Shown here: positions 22,749 through 34,839 of the stretch, one piece after another
How positions within the stretch are numbered: position 1 is the stretch's first letter
How the letters are laid out: each line of letters starts with the position of its first letter
Source: Candidatus Nealsonbacteria bacterium DGGOD1a
Lineage (GTDB): Bacteria > Patescibacteriota > Minisyncoccia > Minisyncoccales > UBA5738
NCBI GenBank assembly: GCA_022530585.1
Contig: CP092821.1
Location: 198,222-262,221 of the forward strand
Direction: 5' to 3'
DNA length: 64,000 nucleotides
Program-made: the position numbers and the translations under genes
The notes under the pieces: generated by a model
Seen by the model: the letters and a program-made list of their open reading frames with translations, nothing else
Told to the model about the DNA's origin: nothing
Database searches by the model: none

Positions 22749-25700
22749 ATGGCGGCGCTTAAAACAAAAAATTTCGGCAAAGCAAATGTATCGCTGCCTT
22801 TGCCGTATTTGCTCGTGCTTCAAAAAGAAAGCTGGGATATGTTCTGGGGAAACGATTTAAAAGAGCTTTTTACCGAGATTTCGCCCATTCGCGATTACAC
22901 CGGCAAAGAGCTTGAGCTTTGGATCGAGGATTTTAAACTCGACGAAACCAAATATAAAAACGATCTTGAAGCGCGGATGAACAATGATTCCTATGAAGCG
23001 TCGATCCGGGTTAAGGTCAGGCTGGTTAATTTAAAAACCAAGGAATCCAAGACGCAGGAAATTTTTCTGTGCGATTTTCCGTTAATGACCGAAAGGGGAA
23101 CCTTTATCGTCAATGGCGTGGAGCGCGTTTGCATTTCCCAGTTGATCCGTTCGGCGGGCGTGTTTTTTTCGGCGCAAAACATCGGCGGAAAAAACTTTTT
23201 TGGCACTAAAATTATTCCCAATCGCGGTTCCTGGCTGGAGTTGGAAACCGCCCATACCGGCTTTATCGGCGTGAAAATCGACCGCAAGCGCCGCGTTCCG
23301 GCGACGACTTTGTTGCGAGCCTTCGGCATTGACAACGACAACGCGATCAAAGAGCTTTTCGCCGATGTTAACAAAGGCGAGGTTGATTTTATCGAGGAAA
23401 CCATTAAAAAAGATCCGACCCACAACCAGGCCGAGGCCTTGGTGGAAATATACCAGCGTTTGCGGCCCGGAGATCTGGCCACCGCCGACACGGCCAAGGA
23501 ATTGATTTGGAATATGTTCTTTAATTTTGAACGGTATGACCTTTCCAAAGTGGGGCGCTGGAAGATGTGGAAGCGTCTGCCGCAACTCAAAGCCAAAGAC
23601 AAAACCGGCGATAAAGTTGAAATGAAAGACCGGGTTTTAACCGTGGACGATATCGTCGCGGTGATCAAAGAAATTATTCGTTTGAACAACGATCCTTTGG
23701 CAAAACCCGACGAAATCGATCATTTGGGCAATCGCCGCGTGCGGACTTTGAATGAGCTTTTGGTTAACCGCCTGCGGTTGGGTTTTATGAGAATGGAGCG
23801 CATCATCAAAGACCGGATGTCGACTTTGGAAGTTGTCGATTTGTCGCCGATGCAGTTGATCAACCCCCGGCCGGTGATGGCGGTGATCAAGGAATTTTTT
23901 TCCAGTTCGCAATTATCGCAGTTTATGGACAACGAAAATCCGCTGTCGGAACTTGAACACAAACGCCGTCTGGCGGCAACCGGCCCGGGCGGTTTGACCC
24001 GCGAACGCGCGGGATTTGAAGTGCGCGATGTCCAGCCTTCGCATTACGGCCGCATTTGTCCGATCCAAACTCCGGAAGGCCCCAATGTGGGCTTGGTGGG
24101 CTATTTGGCGTCTTACACCAAGATCAATAATTTCGGTTTTCTGGAAACGCCGTATTATAAAGTTACCAAAGGCAGAGTGACCGATGAACTGGTATATATG
24201 ACCGCGGACGAAGAAGAAAAATACAATATCGCCACCGCGATCGCGCCTTTGGACGAAAAGAACAATATCATTCCCAAAAAACTGGAAGCCAGAATGAAGG
24301 GCGAACCGGAAATTTGCGCCAAGGAAGATATTGATTATATTGATGTTTCGCCGCAGCAAATTCTTTCGGTGGGTACTTCGCTGATTCCGTTTTTACAGAA
24401 CGACGATGCCAACCGCGCGTTGATGGGTTCTAATATGCAGCGGCAATCGACGCCGCTGGTTAAGCCCGATCCGCCGCTGGTGATGACTGGCAGCGAGGAA
24501 AGGATTGCCCATGATTCGGGCCATATTTTGTTGGCCGAGGGCGCGGGCGTGGTCACCGAAGTTGACGGCAGCCATATCACCGTCAAATACGATGACAAGG
24601 AACTGGGCGAAAAAACTTATTATTTGAGAACATTTTTGAGAACCAATCAATATACTTGTTTCCATCAGAGCGCGATTGCCAAAAAAGGCAAAAAAGTGAA
24701 AAAGGGCGAAGCGATGTGCGATGGCGGTTCGATTGTCAACGGCCATCTGGCTTTGGGCCACAATATTCTGGTGGCGTTCACTTCATGGCGCGGCGGAAAT
24801 TTTGAAGACGCGATTTTGCTTTCGGAGAAATTGGTCGCCAACGACAAATTCACCACGATCCATATGGAGAATTTCGCCTGCGATGTGCGCGAAACCAAAC
24901 TGGGTCCGGAAATGACCACCTATGATATCCCCAATGTCTCCGAGGAAAAACTTAAAGATTTGGACGAAGAAGGAGTGGTTCGTATCGGCGCCGAAGTCAA
25001 GCCCAATGATATTTTGGTGGGCAAGATTTCGCCCAAGGGCGAACAGGAGCTGACCGCCGAAGAGCGTTTGTTGCGCTCGATTTTCGGCGAGAAAGCCAAA
25101 GATGTAAAAGACACTTCGTTGATGATGGAACATGGCAAGCGCGGCCGCGTGGTGGGAGTTAAGGTGTTTTCGCGCGAACAGGGCCACAAGCTTGAGCCGG
25201 GCGTGATCAAAAGGATCGAAATTGAAATCGCGGAATTGAGAAAAGTGCGCGCGGGCGACAAGCTTGCCGGACGCCACGGGAACAAAGGCGTTATTTCGCG
25301 CGTTTTGCCGATAGAAGAAATGCCCTATTTGGAAGACGGCACGCCTGTGGATATGGTGTTAAATCCGATGGCGGTGGCGTCCCGTATGAATTTGGGACAG
25401 ATTTTGGAAACGCATTTGGGTTACGCGGCGCATGAATTGGGTTATCACGCGGTTACGCCGTCGCTTTCCGGCGCCAAGGAATCCGATATCAAAGTGGAAT
25501 TAAAAAAGGCCGGATTGTCCGAAGACGGCAAGGAAAAACTTTTTGACGGCCGGACCGGTTTGCAGTTTCCGGGAAAAATTACCGTTGGTTACATTTATAT
25601 GATGAAACTTATCCACATGGTCGAGGATAAGATACATACCCGCAGTATTGGACCGTATTCGCTGATCACGCAGCAGCCTCTGGGAGGCAAAGCGCAGTTT

Positions 25701-25943
25701 GGCGGCCAGCGGTTCGGTGAGATGGAAGTGTGGGCTCTTGAAGGTTACGGCGCGGCATTTACCTTGCAGGAAATGCTGACGATCAAATCCGACGATATCG
25801 CTGGACGCGCGGCTACTTACGAGACCATTCTTCGGGGAGAAGAAATTAAACATCCAAACATACCGGCAGCGTTTAATCTTATGGTCAGCGAACTCAAATC
25901 GCTGGGGTTGAGCGTCGAGGTAAAAGAAAAACAATGCGAGTAG
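22749..25943 (+). CDS. rpoB: DNA-directed RNA polymerase subunit beta
   Basis: 1064 aa. Canonical blocks: [18 protein letters not shown], [44 protein letters not shown] and [14 protein letters not shown]. Confidence 0.97.
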   Translation: MAALKTKNFGKANVSLPLPYLLVLQKESWDMFWGNDLKELFTEISPIRDYTGKELELWIEDFKLDETKYKNDLEARMNNDSYEASIRVKVRLVNLKTKESKTQEIFLCDFPLMTERGTFIVNGVERVCISQLIRSAGVFFSAQNIGGKNFFGTKIIPNRGSWLELETAHTGFIGVKIDRKRRVPATTLLRAFGIDNDNAIKELFADVNKGEVDFIEETIKKDPTHNQAEALVEIYQRLRPGDLATADTAKELIWNMFFNFERYDLSKVGRWKMWKRLPQLKAKDKTGDKVEMKDRVLTVDDIVAVIKEIIRLNNDPLAKPDEIDHLGNRRVRTLNELLVNRLRLGFMRMERIIKDRMSTLEVVDLSPMQLINPRPVMAVIKEFFSSSQLSQFMDNENPLSELEHKRRLAATGPGGLTRERAGFEVRDVQPSHYGRICPIQTPEGPNVGLVGYLASYTKINNFGFLETPYYKVTKGRVTDELVYMTADEEEKYNIATAIAPLDEKNNIIPKKLEARMKGEPEICAKEDIDYIDVSPQQILSVGTSLIPFLQNDDANRALMGSNMQRQSTPLVKPDPPLVMTGSEERIAHDSGHILLAEGAGVVTEVDGSHITVKYDDKELGEKTYYLRTFLRTNQYTCFHQSAIAKKGKKVKKGEAMCDGGSIVNGHLALGHNILVAFTSWRGGNFEDAILLSEKLVANDKFTTIHMENFACDVRETKLGPEMTTYDIPNVSEEKLKDLDEEGVVRIGAEVKPNDILVGKISPKGEQELTAEERLLRSIFGEKAKDVKDTSLMMEHGKRGRVVGVKVFSREQGHKLEPGVIKRIEIEIAELRKVRAGDKLAGRHGNKGVISRVLPIEEMPYLEDGTPVDMVLNPMAVASRMNLGQILETHLGYAAHELGYHAVTPSLSGAKESDIKVELKKAGLSEDGKEKLFDGRTGLQFPGKITVGYIYMMKLIHMVEDKIHTRSIGPYSLITQQPLGGKAQFGGQRFGEMEVWALEGYGAAFTLQEMLTIKSDDIAGRAATYETILRGEEIKHPNIPAAFNLMVSELKSLGLSVEVKEKQCE

Positions 25944-28900
25944 AAGACTTACAATCGATCCGAATTAAGCTGGCATCGCCCGAGGAGGTAATTTCCTGGT
26001 CGCATGGCGAGATTACCAAACCCGAAACCATCAATTACCGCACTCAGCGGCCGGAAAAGGATGGCTTGTTTTGCGAGAAGATTTTTGGTCCCGAGCGCGA
26101 TTATGAGTGTTATTGCGGCAAATACAAACGAGTGCGCTATAAGGGCATAGTTTGCGATCGTTGCGGCGTTGAAGTTACCAAAAGCAGCGTTCGCCGCGAC
26201 CGGATGGGCCATATCAAACTGGCTTGCCCGGTTTCGCATATCTGGTTTTTGAGGGGCGTGCCGTCGCGCATCGGACAGGTTTTGGATCTGCCCATGTTGC
26301 AGTTGGAAAAGGTGATCTATTTCGCGTCGTATGTGATTATCACCGTTGACGAAGAGGAAAAGAAAAGTATCGCCGCGCAGATTGAAGCGGAATTTAACGA
26401 AAAAACAAAAACCCAGAAAAAAATACTCGGTTTGGAAAATTCGCAAAACACGGCAAAAGACGATAAAGCCGCGCAAAAAGAACTTCAGGGGGCGCTGGAA
26501 GAATTGCGCGACGCCCGCGACCGGGCCAAATCCGAATTGAACAGCATTCAGTTTATGCGCGTGATTTCGGAAGCGGAATACCGCAATTTGTCGTTGAAAT
26601 ACGGCCAATGTTTTTCGGCCGGTACCGGCGCGGAAACCATTCGCAAACTTTGCGAGAAAGTCGATATCGACAAGACCATCGAGGTTTTGAAAAAGAAACT
26701 GGAAGAATCTTCGCCCGAAGAAAAACGCAAGATATATATCAGGTTGAAACTTTTGCAGGGGATACAGCAAGCCGGAATCCGTCCGGAATGGATGCTGATC
26801 ACCGCGTTGCCGGTTTTACCCGCGGATTTGCGCCCGATCGTCCAACTGGATGGCGGCCGCTATGCCAGCTCGGATTTGAACGATCTTTACCGCCGCGTGA
26901 TCAATCGCAACAACCGTTTGAAATATCTGCAGGAGATCGGCGCGCCCGAAGTGATCGTGCGCAACGAAAAAAGAATGTTGCAGGAAGCCGTGGATTCGCT
27001 GATCGATAACGGGATGAGAAAAGGCACCACGACGCAGGCAACCACCGGCGGCCGCAGGCTTTTGAAATCCTTGGCCGATATGCTGAAAGGCAAACAGGGC
27101 CGGTTCCGCCAGAATCTTTTGGGCAAGCGCGTGGATTATTCGGGCCGTTCGGTTATCGTGGTCGGGCCGCATTTGCGTTTGAACCAGGTGGGCATTCCCA
27201 AGAAAATGGCGCTGGAATTGTTTAAGCCTTTTGTCATCCGCCGCATTTTGGAAAAAGAAATGGCGTTTAATGTGCGCGGCGCGTCGCGTTTGATCGAGGC
27301 CGAGACCGACGAAATCTGGGCGATTTTGGAAGAAGTGGTAAAAAATAAATTGGTGTTGATCAACCGCGCGCCGACTTTGCATCGTTTGAGCATTCAGGCG
27401 TTCAATCCGGTTTTGATCGAGGGCGAAGCTTTGCAAATCCATCCGATGGTCTGCAAGGCGTTTAACGCTGATTTTGACGGCGATCAAATGGCGGTTCATC
27501 TGCCGTTGTCGGAGATGGCCCAAAAAGAAGCGCGCGAAAGGATGCTTTCGAGTTTGAATTTGCTCAAGCCCGCCAAAGGTACGCCCGTAGTCACGGTTTA
27601 TCAGGATATGGTGCTGGGTTGTTATTGGCTGACCACCCAAGTGCCCGGCGCCAAAGGCGAAGGCAAAGTCTTTGCCACGCCCGGAGAAGCGATTTTATAC
27701 TATGAATTTGGCGAAGTTGATTTGCGCGCCAAGATCAAAGTGCGCGACATCAAGCCGTCGGCGCCCGGGTTTATCGAGACCACCGCGGGCCGCATTATCT
27801 TTAACCAGACTTTGCCCGATGATTTCCGTTATGTGAATCAAATGGTGAAAGTTAAGGATTTGGAGAGCATTGCCGAAGATATCATTCGCAAATACGACAC
27901 CGCGACCACCGAGGATACTTTGGATTTGATAAAGGAACTCGGTTTTGAATACTCAACCGTGTCCGGGATTTCATGGGGCATGGATGATTTGCATGTTCCG
28001 GTGGAAAAAGCCGGCATCGTCAAAGACGCGGAAAAGGAAGTGGAGAAAACCGAGGACTATTACGCCAAAGGCCTTCTTTCCCGCGATGAAAAGAAAAACA
28101 AGATCATCGATATCTGGTCAAAAGCCAAATCGACAATCGAGGCTTTGGTGCCGAAAACTTTGTCCAATACCAGCTCGGTATACCAAATGATCGACGCGGG
28201 CGCGCGCGGTTCATGGTCCCAGCCGGTACAAATGGCGGGTATGAAAGGTTTGGTGGTTGATCCTTCCGGCGATATTATCGAACTGCCGGTGAAGAATTCC
28301 TACAAAGAAGGTTTGGATGTGTTGGAATACTTTAATTCCACTCATGGCGCGCGCAAAGGCACGGTGGATACGGCATTGCGCACTTCAACCGCCGGCTATC
28401 TGACGCGGCGCTTGGTTGATGTGGCGCATGAAGCGATAATCTCCGAAAATGATTGCGGCGATACCGAAGGTTTTGATGTGCTTTTCCGCGACTCCGAAGA
28501 GATCGGCCAAAATTTTCTTTATAAAGTTGTCGGCCATGTTTCGATGGAGAATATCAAATCTTCCAAGACCAAGGAGATGATTGTCAAGGAAGGCGAATTG
28601 ATCGATTGGGAAACCGGCCGCAAATTGATTGACGAGAATATCGAGAAGATTAAAGTACGCTCGCCTTTGTCGTGCAAATCAATTCATGGTCTTTGCCAGA
28701 AATGCTACGGTTGGGATTTGGGCAACAACAAGATGGTGCGTATGGGCGAAGCGGTTGGCATTATCGCGGCCCAGTCCATTGGCGAACCGGGAACTCAATT
28801 GACAATGAGAACATTTCATACCGGCGGCGTGGCTTCGGGCGCGGATATTACTTCGGGTCTTCCGCGCGTGGAAGAAATTTTTGAAGCGCGCATTCCCGGC

Positions 28901-29698
28901 GGCAAGGCCGAAATTTGTCCGGCGGACGGCACAGTTCTCGAGATAATCTCCGAAAAAGGACAAAATAAAATTATCAAGATCAAGATAAAATCCAAAGACG
29001 CGGCCAAGGATGCGAAAGAAACCAAAGCTTCCCGCGAAGCCAAGGCGGCTGAAGCGCAGAAGGCGGCCAAAGAAGGCCAGCTGCCCAAAGGTTACCAGAT
29101 TATTGATTTTTCGGCGCCTTCAAATGTCAATGTTTTGGTGAAAGCGGGCGACGAAATCAAGAAAGGCCAGCCGCTTTGGGAAGGCAGTTTGGATTTAAAA
29201 GAATTATACAAATTTGTCGGCAAAGATGTGGCCCAAAGATACATTCTCAAGGAAGTCCAGCGCATTTACAGTTCGCAGGGCGCGACCATCCACGACAAAC
29301 ACATAGCGGTGATTATCCGCCAAATGTTCTCGCGGGTGAAGATCAAAGACCCGGGCGACAGTTTGTTCACTCCCAAGGAAGTGATCGAAATCAAACAGGT
29401 GCTTGAGGCCAATGAAATACTTGCCAAACAAGGCAAAAAATTGGTGGAATTCGTGCCGGTGCTTTTGGGTGTTTCCAAGGTGGCGTTAACGACCGGTTCA
29501 TGGTTGTCATCGGCATCGTTCCAAGAAACTTCGCGCGTGTTGATCAAGGCCAGCCTTGAACGGTTGGAGGACAAACTCGACGGTTTGAAAGAAAATGTGA
29601 TCATCGGCAAGCTTATTCCGGCGGGCACGGGTTTTCATTATCAAATCAACAAAGACGCGGCCCAAGCCGCGGCGCGGGAAGAAGCGGGCAAAGAGTAA
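25934..29698 (+). CDS. rpoC: DNA-directed RNA polymerase subunit beta'
   Basis: 1254 aa. Motifs: Zn finger CxCGKY...[28 protein letters not shown] and the trigger-loop region [16 protein letters not shown]. The ATG overlaps the rpoB 3' end by 10 nt. Confidence 0.97.
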   Translation: MRVEDLQSIRIKLASPEEVISWSHGEITKPETINYRTQRPEKDGLFCEKIFGPERDYECYCGKYKRVRYKGIVCDRCGVEVTKSSVRRDRMGHIKLACPVSHIWFLRGVPSRIGQVLDLPMLQLEKVIYFASYVIITVDEEEKKSIAAQIEAEFNEKTKTQKKILGLENSQNTAKDDKAAQKELQGALEELRDARDRAKSELNSIQFMRVISEAEYRNLSLKYGQCFSAGTGAETIRKLCEKVDIDKTIEVLKKKLEESSPEEKRKIYIRLKLLQGIQQAGIRPEWMLITALPVLPADLRPIVQLDGGRYASSDLNDLYRRVINRNNRLKYLQEIGAPEVIVRNEKRMLQEAVDSLIDNGMRKGTTTQATTGGRRLLKSLADMLKGKQGRFRQNLLGKRVDYSGRSVIVVGPHLRLNQVGIPKKMALELFKPFVIRRILEKEMAFNVRGASRLIEAETDEIWAILEEVVKNKLVLINRAPTLHRLSIQAFNPVLIEGEALQIHPMVCKAFNADFDGDQMAVHLPLSEMAQKEARERMLSSLNLLKPAKGTPVVTVYQDMVLGCYWLTTQVPGAKGEGKVFATPGEAILYYEFGEVDLRAKIKVRDIKPSAPGFIETTAGRIIFNQTLPDDFRYVNQMVKVKDLESIAEDIIRKYDTATTEDTLDLIKELGFEYSTVSGISWGMDDLHVPVEKAGIVKDAEKEVEKTEDYYAKGLLSRDEKKNKIIDIWSKAKSTIEALVPKTLSNTSSVYQMIDAGARGSWSQPVQMAGMKGLVVDPSGDIIELPVKNSYKEGLDVLEYFNSTHGARKGTVDTALRTSTAGYLTRRLVDVAHEAIISENDCGDTEGFDVLFRDSEEIGQNFLYKVVGHVSMENIKSSKTKEMIVKEGELIDWETGRKLIDENIEKIKVRSPLSCKSIHGLCQKCYGWDLGNNKMVRMGEAVGIIAAQSIGEPGTQLTMRTFHTGGVASGADITSGLPRVEEIFEARIPGGKAEICPADGTVLEIISEKGQNKIIKIKIKSKDAAKDAKETKASREAKAAEAQKAAKEGQLPKGYQIIDFSAPSNVNVLVKAGDEIKKGQPLWEGSLDLKELYKFVGKDVAQRYILKEVQRIYSSQGATIHDKHIAVIIRQMFSRVKIKDPGDSLFTPKEVIEIKQVLEANEILAKQGKKLVEFVPVLLGVSKVALTTGSWLSSASFQETSRVLIKASLERLEDKLDGLKENVIIGKLIPAGTGFHYQINKDAAQAAAREEAGKE

Positions 29699-29723
29699 TT
29701 GTGTGATTTTCATAATTCTGCGT

Positions 29724-32700
29724 ATGAAAAGAAACGCCAATCGCCATAATCGTTTTTTAAATTTTGGATTGGCCGCGCAAGCGGCCATTTTGGCGTTGGT
29801 GCTGTTGTCGGTATCGTTCTTGCCGCGCGTTATTTTTGCCGCCACATTCACCGTTGCGCCGGATAGCGAATACCAAACCATCCAATCCGCGATTGGCGCG
29901 TCGAGCAATGGCGATACGGTTTTGGTTGCGCCCGGAGTTTACCGCGAGAATGTGGCTTTCGGGGGCAGGATTATTTTAAAAGCTGAAAATGCTGCGCCGG
30001 GCGCCACGGTTATCGAAGCCGTTGATCCCGCCGTGTCGGCGATCACGGCGGCGGGTCCGGCTGAAATCAACGGCTTTACCATCCGCGGCGCGACCAACAG
30101 CGCCGGCATCCGCTTGAATTACGGCGCTTGGGAAGCCAAGATTAGCAACAACATCATCGAATCCAATCTGGATGGAATATATATCGTGAACTATGGTTCC
30201 GGCAATTCCGAAATCACCCGCAATATCTTCCGCGACAATACCGGATATGACATCAATCTGCCGGCGGAATATAACTCGTCGGCTGGAGTGAGTACTCAAA
30301 GCGCCGGCAACATTATCTATCTGAATGATTTCTACGGCACGCTGTATCCCTACCAAGACTATGTCAATTACTGGAATTCGCAAGAAGAGCTTGGCTATAA
30401 ATATCAAAACAAAATTTATCGCGGCAAACCGGGCAATTACCAGCCCCAATGCCAAACGGAAGATCCGGACGGCGACGGCATTGGCAATGCCGCTTGCCCG
30501 ATCGGCGGCTACACCGACAGTTTCCCGCTGGTCCAACCGTTTGAAAATTACGAGATTGCCGGCGGCAAAGACAAATTCGTCTATGTCGCTTTGGGCGATT
30601 CCTACCAATCCGGCGAAGGCGCGGGGAATTCCATTGAGGGCGCCGAAGAATATCTTGCCCGCGGGTACGAGCAAGGCACCTATACCGACACATTGATTGC
30701 CGGCGACAATTCTTGCCATCGCGCTCTGCAAAACTATGCCAAAATCAACAAAAACAAATTCCATCCCGAATTGAACGACGAAGATATTGTTTTGATCGAT
30801 TTAACCTGCAGCGGCGCAAAGATTGAAAATGGAAGCCAGCCGCCGGTGATCGGCGATATGGCCGCCGATCAAATTGCGCCCGATTCACAGCTTCAACAAG
30901 CATTGAACAAACTGAATGACGCCGGGTTAACTCCTGCTGATGTGGACTTGGTTACCGTTGGCATGGGCGGTAACGGTGCCGGATTCGTAGAAATTATCCA
31001 AGCTTGTCTTTTGCCCAATATCTTGCGCAAAGCGTTACAGGAATATCCCAATCCTCCGGCGGAGATCAAAACTTTGGTGGATATGTTTGCTTCGTGCAAG
31101 AATATTGACGATAATTTATTTGACAGCAATGCCGCGATCAACGCGCTTTATGCCAAAGAAGTTTGGGCGCAAAATAAAATTTTGCAAACTTTTGCCAAGG
31201 CCCGCGTGATTCAAGCGGATTATCCCGACATTCTTCCCCGAAACACCAAATCGCTTTCCTATTGCGGGGGTTTGCGCAAAGAAGACATCGGCTATGCCCG
31301 CGGGAAAGTGAATGCCATCAATGAAAAAATCAATCAAGCAAAGCTTGCGGTTGCGCAAAGCAATCCGCGGCTGGAGCTGGCAAGTTTGCAAAGTTCTTTG
31401 GGCGGCAACGCTCTTTGTCCGGCCAATGCCGCAACCGCGTTGGCAAATGGCGTCAAAGAAGCCAACCTTAACGCCGAAATCAGGCGACTGCTCAATCTTG
31501 ACGGCAACGGCGACGCGCAGTCCCGCGCGCTGATTGATAACTTGTTGGCGGCGTATAATTCTTGGAAGCAATGCTTGGGTGTTCACTTGAATGTATTTGA
31601 CGGTGGCGCGGATTGCGATACGGGAGAGGCGAAAAGGCAGCTATATTATTATTGGCAAAACATAGAGCAGTATTTGAAAGATAGACTTAATAATAAATTA
31701 TTACCTAATTTTATTGAGCCAGAGCAAGTTAGCAGTGAGAATAGTGAAATACGCTATGATCGCTCAAAAGGATTATTCCATCCCAATGCCAAAGGTTATG
31801 ATGTTATCGCTTGCAATATTCTGGCCGCGTACAACAAAACCGGCGCGGAGGATTGCTTGTCCTCCTCGGGCCAAGCGGTGATGGACGCGGTTAACGGGGT
31901 TTTGATTAACAATGTCCCGATCGATATTTTACCCGGGCAAATGATGAGCCTCTATTTGGGCGGCTTCACTTCGGGCGCGATTGTTCCAATAGTGATTCTT
32001 TCCGAGCCCCAAAAAATCGGAGAAGCGACTGCCGATGAAAACGGGATTATTGACACGGAAATTCTATTGCCCGAAATGAGTCCCGGCGCGCATACGATTG
32101 TTTTGGAGAGTCAAAATGACGCAGGGGCGGGCATTGCCAAGCAATTTCGGGTGAATTATCCGGGATTGCCGCGCGCGGGAGAGAGTTATGGCATTTATTT
32201 TGACAATGTTGCCGCCGGCGCGGGAGAAGAGATTAACATTATCTACGGCGGCGCGGATTTTGGCAGTTTGACTTCCGACGAAGACGGCGGGGTCTTCGTG
32301 GAATTGCCGGTCTTTGAAGGCCAAGAGCTGTTTCAAGCAATGGCAAAAAATCAAACCACGGGAGAAGTTTTGCAAACAAGCGCCGAAGTTGAAAAGCCGC
32401 GCCAATCCTTGCGGTCGCTTGCCGTCAAAACCGCTTTCATCAAATGGCAAAAAGCGAAAAATAAAAATCAAGAATTTGCCATTGCCGGGCAATTTGAATT
32501 GCCGCGAGATTTTTCAAAAGACAATTTGGCGAAAAACATAGAGTTAAAATTGATTTTTTCCGGCGGTAAAACTGCCGTTGCCAGTTTAAGTTTCAAAGAA
32601 AACAATATCTTTTGGAAATATGAAAAATTGGCCGCCGCGCAAAATCTGAAAATCAGCCGCGCGATTGTCTATTGGTCGCCGGAGAAAAAGTTCTGCGGCA

Positions 32701-32948
32701 ACAGCAAAATTTGCGCCGCCGCGCTCAAAAACAAAAATTGGTTCTATCTGCAAGGCGAGCTGGAAAATCTCGGCTTGGAAATTGATAAAACCGGCGAGAT
32801 GGAAATTGAGATTGTCCTGCCGGCAAGGATCGCCGACTTGGCCGGCAGGCAAAAATTGCCGATGAAAAAAATCGGCAATCAAAGATTTTACAATTCCGCT
32901 TGGCCGTTGAGTTTTTGGCCGCAAAACTTGGAAAGTTTCTATAAATAA
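29724..32948 (+). CDS. secreted right-handed beta-helix protein fused to an SGNH/GDSL-type esterase domain
   Basis: The ATG at 29724 gives the signal MKRNANRHNRFLNFGLAAQAAILALVLLSVSFLPRVIFA. Beta-helix start YQTIQSAIGASSNGDTVLVAPGVYREN. Ca-binding-like DPDGDGIGN. SGNH block I FVYVALGDSYQSGEGAG, then CHRALQNYAK. Confidence 0.7.
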   Translation: MKRNANRHNRFLNFGLAAQAAILALVLLSVSFLPRVIFAATFTVAPDSEYQTIQSAIGASSNGDTVLVAPGVYRENVAFGGRIILKAENAAPGATVIEAVDPAVSAITAAGPAEINGFTIRGATNSAGIRLNYGAWEAKISNNIIESNLDGIYIVNYGSGNSEITRNIFRDNTGYDINLPAEYNSSAGVSTQSAGNIIYLNDFYGTLYPYQDYVNYWNSQEELGYKYQNKIYRGKPGNYQPQCQTEDPDGDGIGNAACPIGGYTDSFPLVQPFENYEIAGGKDKFVYVALGDSYQSGEGAGNSIEGAEEYLARGYEQGTYTDTLIAGDNSCHRALQNYAKINKNKFHPELNDEDIVLIDLTCSGAKIENGSQPPVIGDMAADQIAPDSQLQQALNKLNDAGLTPADVDLVTVGMGGNGAGFVEIIQACLLPNILRKALQEYPNPPAEIKTLVDMFASCKNIDDNLFDSNAAINALYAKEVWAQNKILQTFAKARVIQADYPDILPRNTKSLSYCGGLRKEDIGYARGKVNAINEKINQAKLAVAQSNPRLELASLQSSLGGNALCPANAATALANGVKEANLNAEIRRLLNLDGNGDAQSRALIDNLLAAYNSWKQCLGVHLNVFDGGADCDTGEAKRQLYYYWQNIEQYLKDRLNNKLLPNFIEPEQVSSENSEIRYDRSKGLFHPNAKGYDVIACNILAAYNKTGAEDCLSSSGQAVMDAVNGVLINNVPIDILPGQMMSLYLGGFTSGAIVPIVILSEPQKIGEATADENGIIDTEILLPEMSPGAHTIVLESQNDAGAGIAKQFRVNYPGLPRAGESYGIYFDNVAAGAGEEINIIYGGADFGSLTSDEDGGVFVELPVFEGQELFQAMAKNQTTGEVLQTSAEVEKPRQSLRSLAVKTAFIKWQKAKNKNQEFAIAGQFELPRDFSKDNLAKNIELKLIFSGGKTAVASLSFKENNIFWKYEKLAAAQNLKISRAIVYWSPEKKFCGNSKICAAALKNKNWFYLQGELENLGLEIDKTGEMEIEIVLPARIADLAGRQKLPMKKIGNQRFYNSAWPLSFWPQNLESFYK

Positions 32949-32953
32949 AAAAT

Positions 32954-33463
32954 ATGAACAAAAAATTAAAGGTGGTTTTGCGCATTATTCTGATAGTAAT
33001 TGCGGTGGTGACGGTTGTCGCGATGATTGTGTTGTTGGCGATGTTTAATCAGTTAAAACAGGGAGTAATTACGCCTTTAGCACCACTAGGATTAGAGACC
33101 TTGCCTTGCGAGCCAAAGAGCCAAGTTGAGCTTGGTTCGCCATACACCGGCGGAGAAACTGCTGAGTTTTCAACAAGCGGAAGTGATTTATATTTTATCG
33201 CGAGGTATTTTCATCATGGCGGTATTTTGGATCTTAAAAAATATACAACAGGGGTCTATGTTGGGTTATTAGAAAAAAAACCAATATGGGATACTCAAAG
33301 AAATATAATCAGCAATATTTCTATGGAAATTAATTTTAGTGAAGGGTATTATGGCACATTAACTTTGCCTGCCGGCCGTTATTGGCTTTGGTCGGGGTCG
33401 GGGGACATTGTGATTTATAGTTGCGAGGAGGGCGGGGTGAGCGATCCCAAGCCGGTGCGGTAG
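32954..33463 (+). CDS. small N-terminally anchored secreted protein, paralog A
   Basis: 169 aa. TM helix, then LPCEPKSQVELGSPYTGGETAEFSTSGSDLYFIARYFHHGG ... LPAGRYWLWSGSGDIVIYSCEEGGVSDPKPVR. It is paralogous to 34303-34820. Confidence 0.55.
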   Translation: MNKKLKVVLRIILIVIAVVTVVAMIVLLAMFNQLKQGVITPLAPLGLETLPCEPKSQVELGSPYTGGETAEFSTSGSDLYFIARYFHHGGILDLKKYTTGVYVGLLEKKPIWDTQRNIISNISMEINFSEGYYGTLTLPAGRYWLWSGSGDIVIYSCEEGGVSDPKPVR

Positions 33464-33605
33464 GAAATAAATTTGTTTTGGTCGGGGCGGTTGGTTTTTA
33501 CGCCGAAAACAAAAAAGCAAATGATGTTTTAAGTTTTTTACAAAGAGAGGGGGTGAACCCGCTCTTAGGTATTCGCGGGAAAATAAAACAATAATCAAAT
33601 AAAAT

Positions 33606-34070
33606 ATGTTTTTATCAATTGATCCGGACATAGATATCAAAGCCGCCTTTGTTTTGTTGATTATCTGCGGTTTTTTCGCCGCGTGGCTTTTGAAGAAAAC
33701 AAAAAATGTGTTTGTTTCGTTGGCGATGCTGTCGGTTTTTGCAGATTCTATTTTTTTGTTGTATGGGGATTCAATGATATATGGTGTTTATTCAATTGAA
33801 TGGTTATTTAGCTTTTCATTTTTTGTTTGGCCAGTAATAAATACGATATTGGTACTTTTTTTAGTCAAAAATAAACTTTTTATTGTTTGGTGGGTTTCTT
33901 TCGCGATAAATTCAGTCCTTGCTTCCTCTTTCGCTTGGCGGATACCATTTTATTGGTTTACTTTATTTGCTTTAAATATTTGGCCGATGGTTGATTTTAT
34001 TTTGTTTGCAATTATCGCAGCTAAGCTTTTGCATGATCCAAACAAGTTTTTAAATCTTTCAAAGAAGTGA
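33606..34070 (+). CDS. small polytopic membrane protein (unknown function)
   Basis: 154 aa with 4-5 hydrophobic helices. Visibly AT-rich codon usage. Lies between the two paralogs. Confidence 0.5.
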   Translation: MFLSIDPDIDIKAAFVLLIICGFFAAWLLKKTKNVFVSLAMLSVFADSIFLLYGDSMIYGVYSIEWLFSFSFFVWPVINTILVLFLVKNKLFIVWWVSFAINSVLASSFAWRIPFYWFTLFALNIWPMVDFILFAIIAAKLLHDPNKFLNLSKK

Positions 34071-34302
34071 TTTTGTTTTTGGGTCTGTACTACGCATTTA
34101 ATTAGTCTACTTGATTTATGGACTATGGAGGCAGAAAAGTAGGGGAAAAGTTGGGGAAATTTTATTTTTATTTTTGTATTAGTAGGGGTATTGATTTGCT
34201 GGTAAAAGAGATTCAAAAATCGGCGGGCAAGGGGATCAAAATCGATATCGTAAATTTGTTGGTGGATTCGTTGAAATACATTAAAATAAGATTGGGAATA
34301 AA

Positions 34303-34820
34303 ATGAACAAAAAAATCAAAACCACTGTAATAGCCGCGGCCATTCTGGGATTGCTGGCGTTGATATGGTTTTTCGCCGCGGACTATCTGTTTGTGTTCAT
34401 TCTTTCAAAGATTTTCCCGCCCGGCCCGCCGGCGCCGACAACGCAACTGCTTCCCTGCGACGGCAATCCGGCCAGCCAAGTGGAGTTGGGGTATCCTCAT
34501 GAAGGTGGGCCAGTTGCGGAGTTCGTTACATCCGGTGAACCAATATATGTTATTGCGCGGCGATTTGAACATTCTGGGATATTTGGGTCATTTAGAGGAT
34601 CTACTGCCATCAATATAGGGAATGTAGCTATTTTGCCGTCATACGATGAAAGGAGGAATACTATTACTAATTCATTTAAAAATATAAGTATAAAGGAGAA
34701 GGATTTTGGCGAGGTTGATTTGCCTGCCGGCCGTTATTGGCTTTGGTCAAGCGCGGGGGCGATATCGTGGTCTACAGTTGCGATCCCAATGGCGTGAGCG
34801 ATCCCAAGCCGGTAAAATAA
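34303..34820 (+). pseudogene. paralog B of the small secreted protein, with apparent -1 nt frameshift in a G-run near the 3' end
   Basis: The sequence reads LPAGRYWLWSSAGAISWSTVAIPMA* in frame. One extra G in gcgggggcgat (about 34755) would instead give ...SSAGGDIVVYSCDPNGVSDPKPVK*, ending at 34820 and matching the paralog A C-terminus. Confidence 0.5.
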
Positions 34821-34839
34821 TTGTTATTAAACTTTGCGT

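Noticed and set aside
25949-27640. 273-aa and 274-aa minus-strand ORFs inside rpoC; a similar 232-aa ORF inside rpoB (22991-23689); a 262-aa ORF at 29976-30764; a 214-aa ORF at 4582-5226; a 235-aa ORF at 35274-35981
   Set aside because: All are embedded in well-supported plus-strand genes, have biased low-complexity translations, and lack any recognisable domain. They are treated as shadow ORFs.
34118-34306. 62-aa ORF between the membrane protein and paralog B
   Set aside because: It has no motif, lies in an AT-rich spacer, overlaps the start of the next gene, and its composition looks non-coding.
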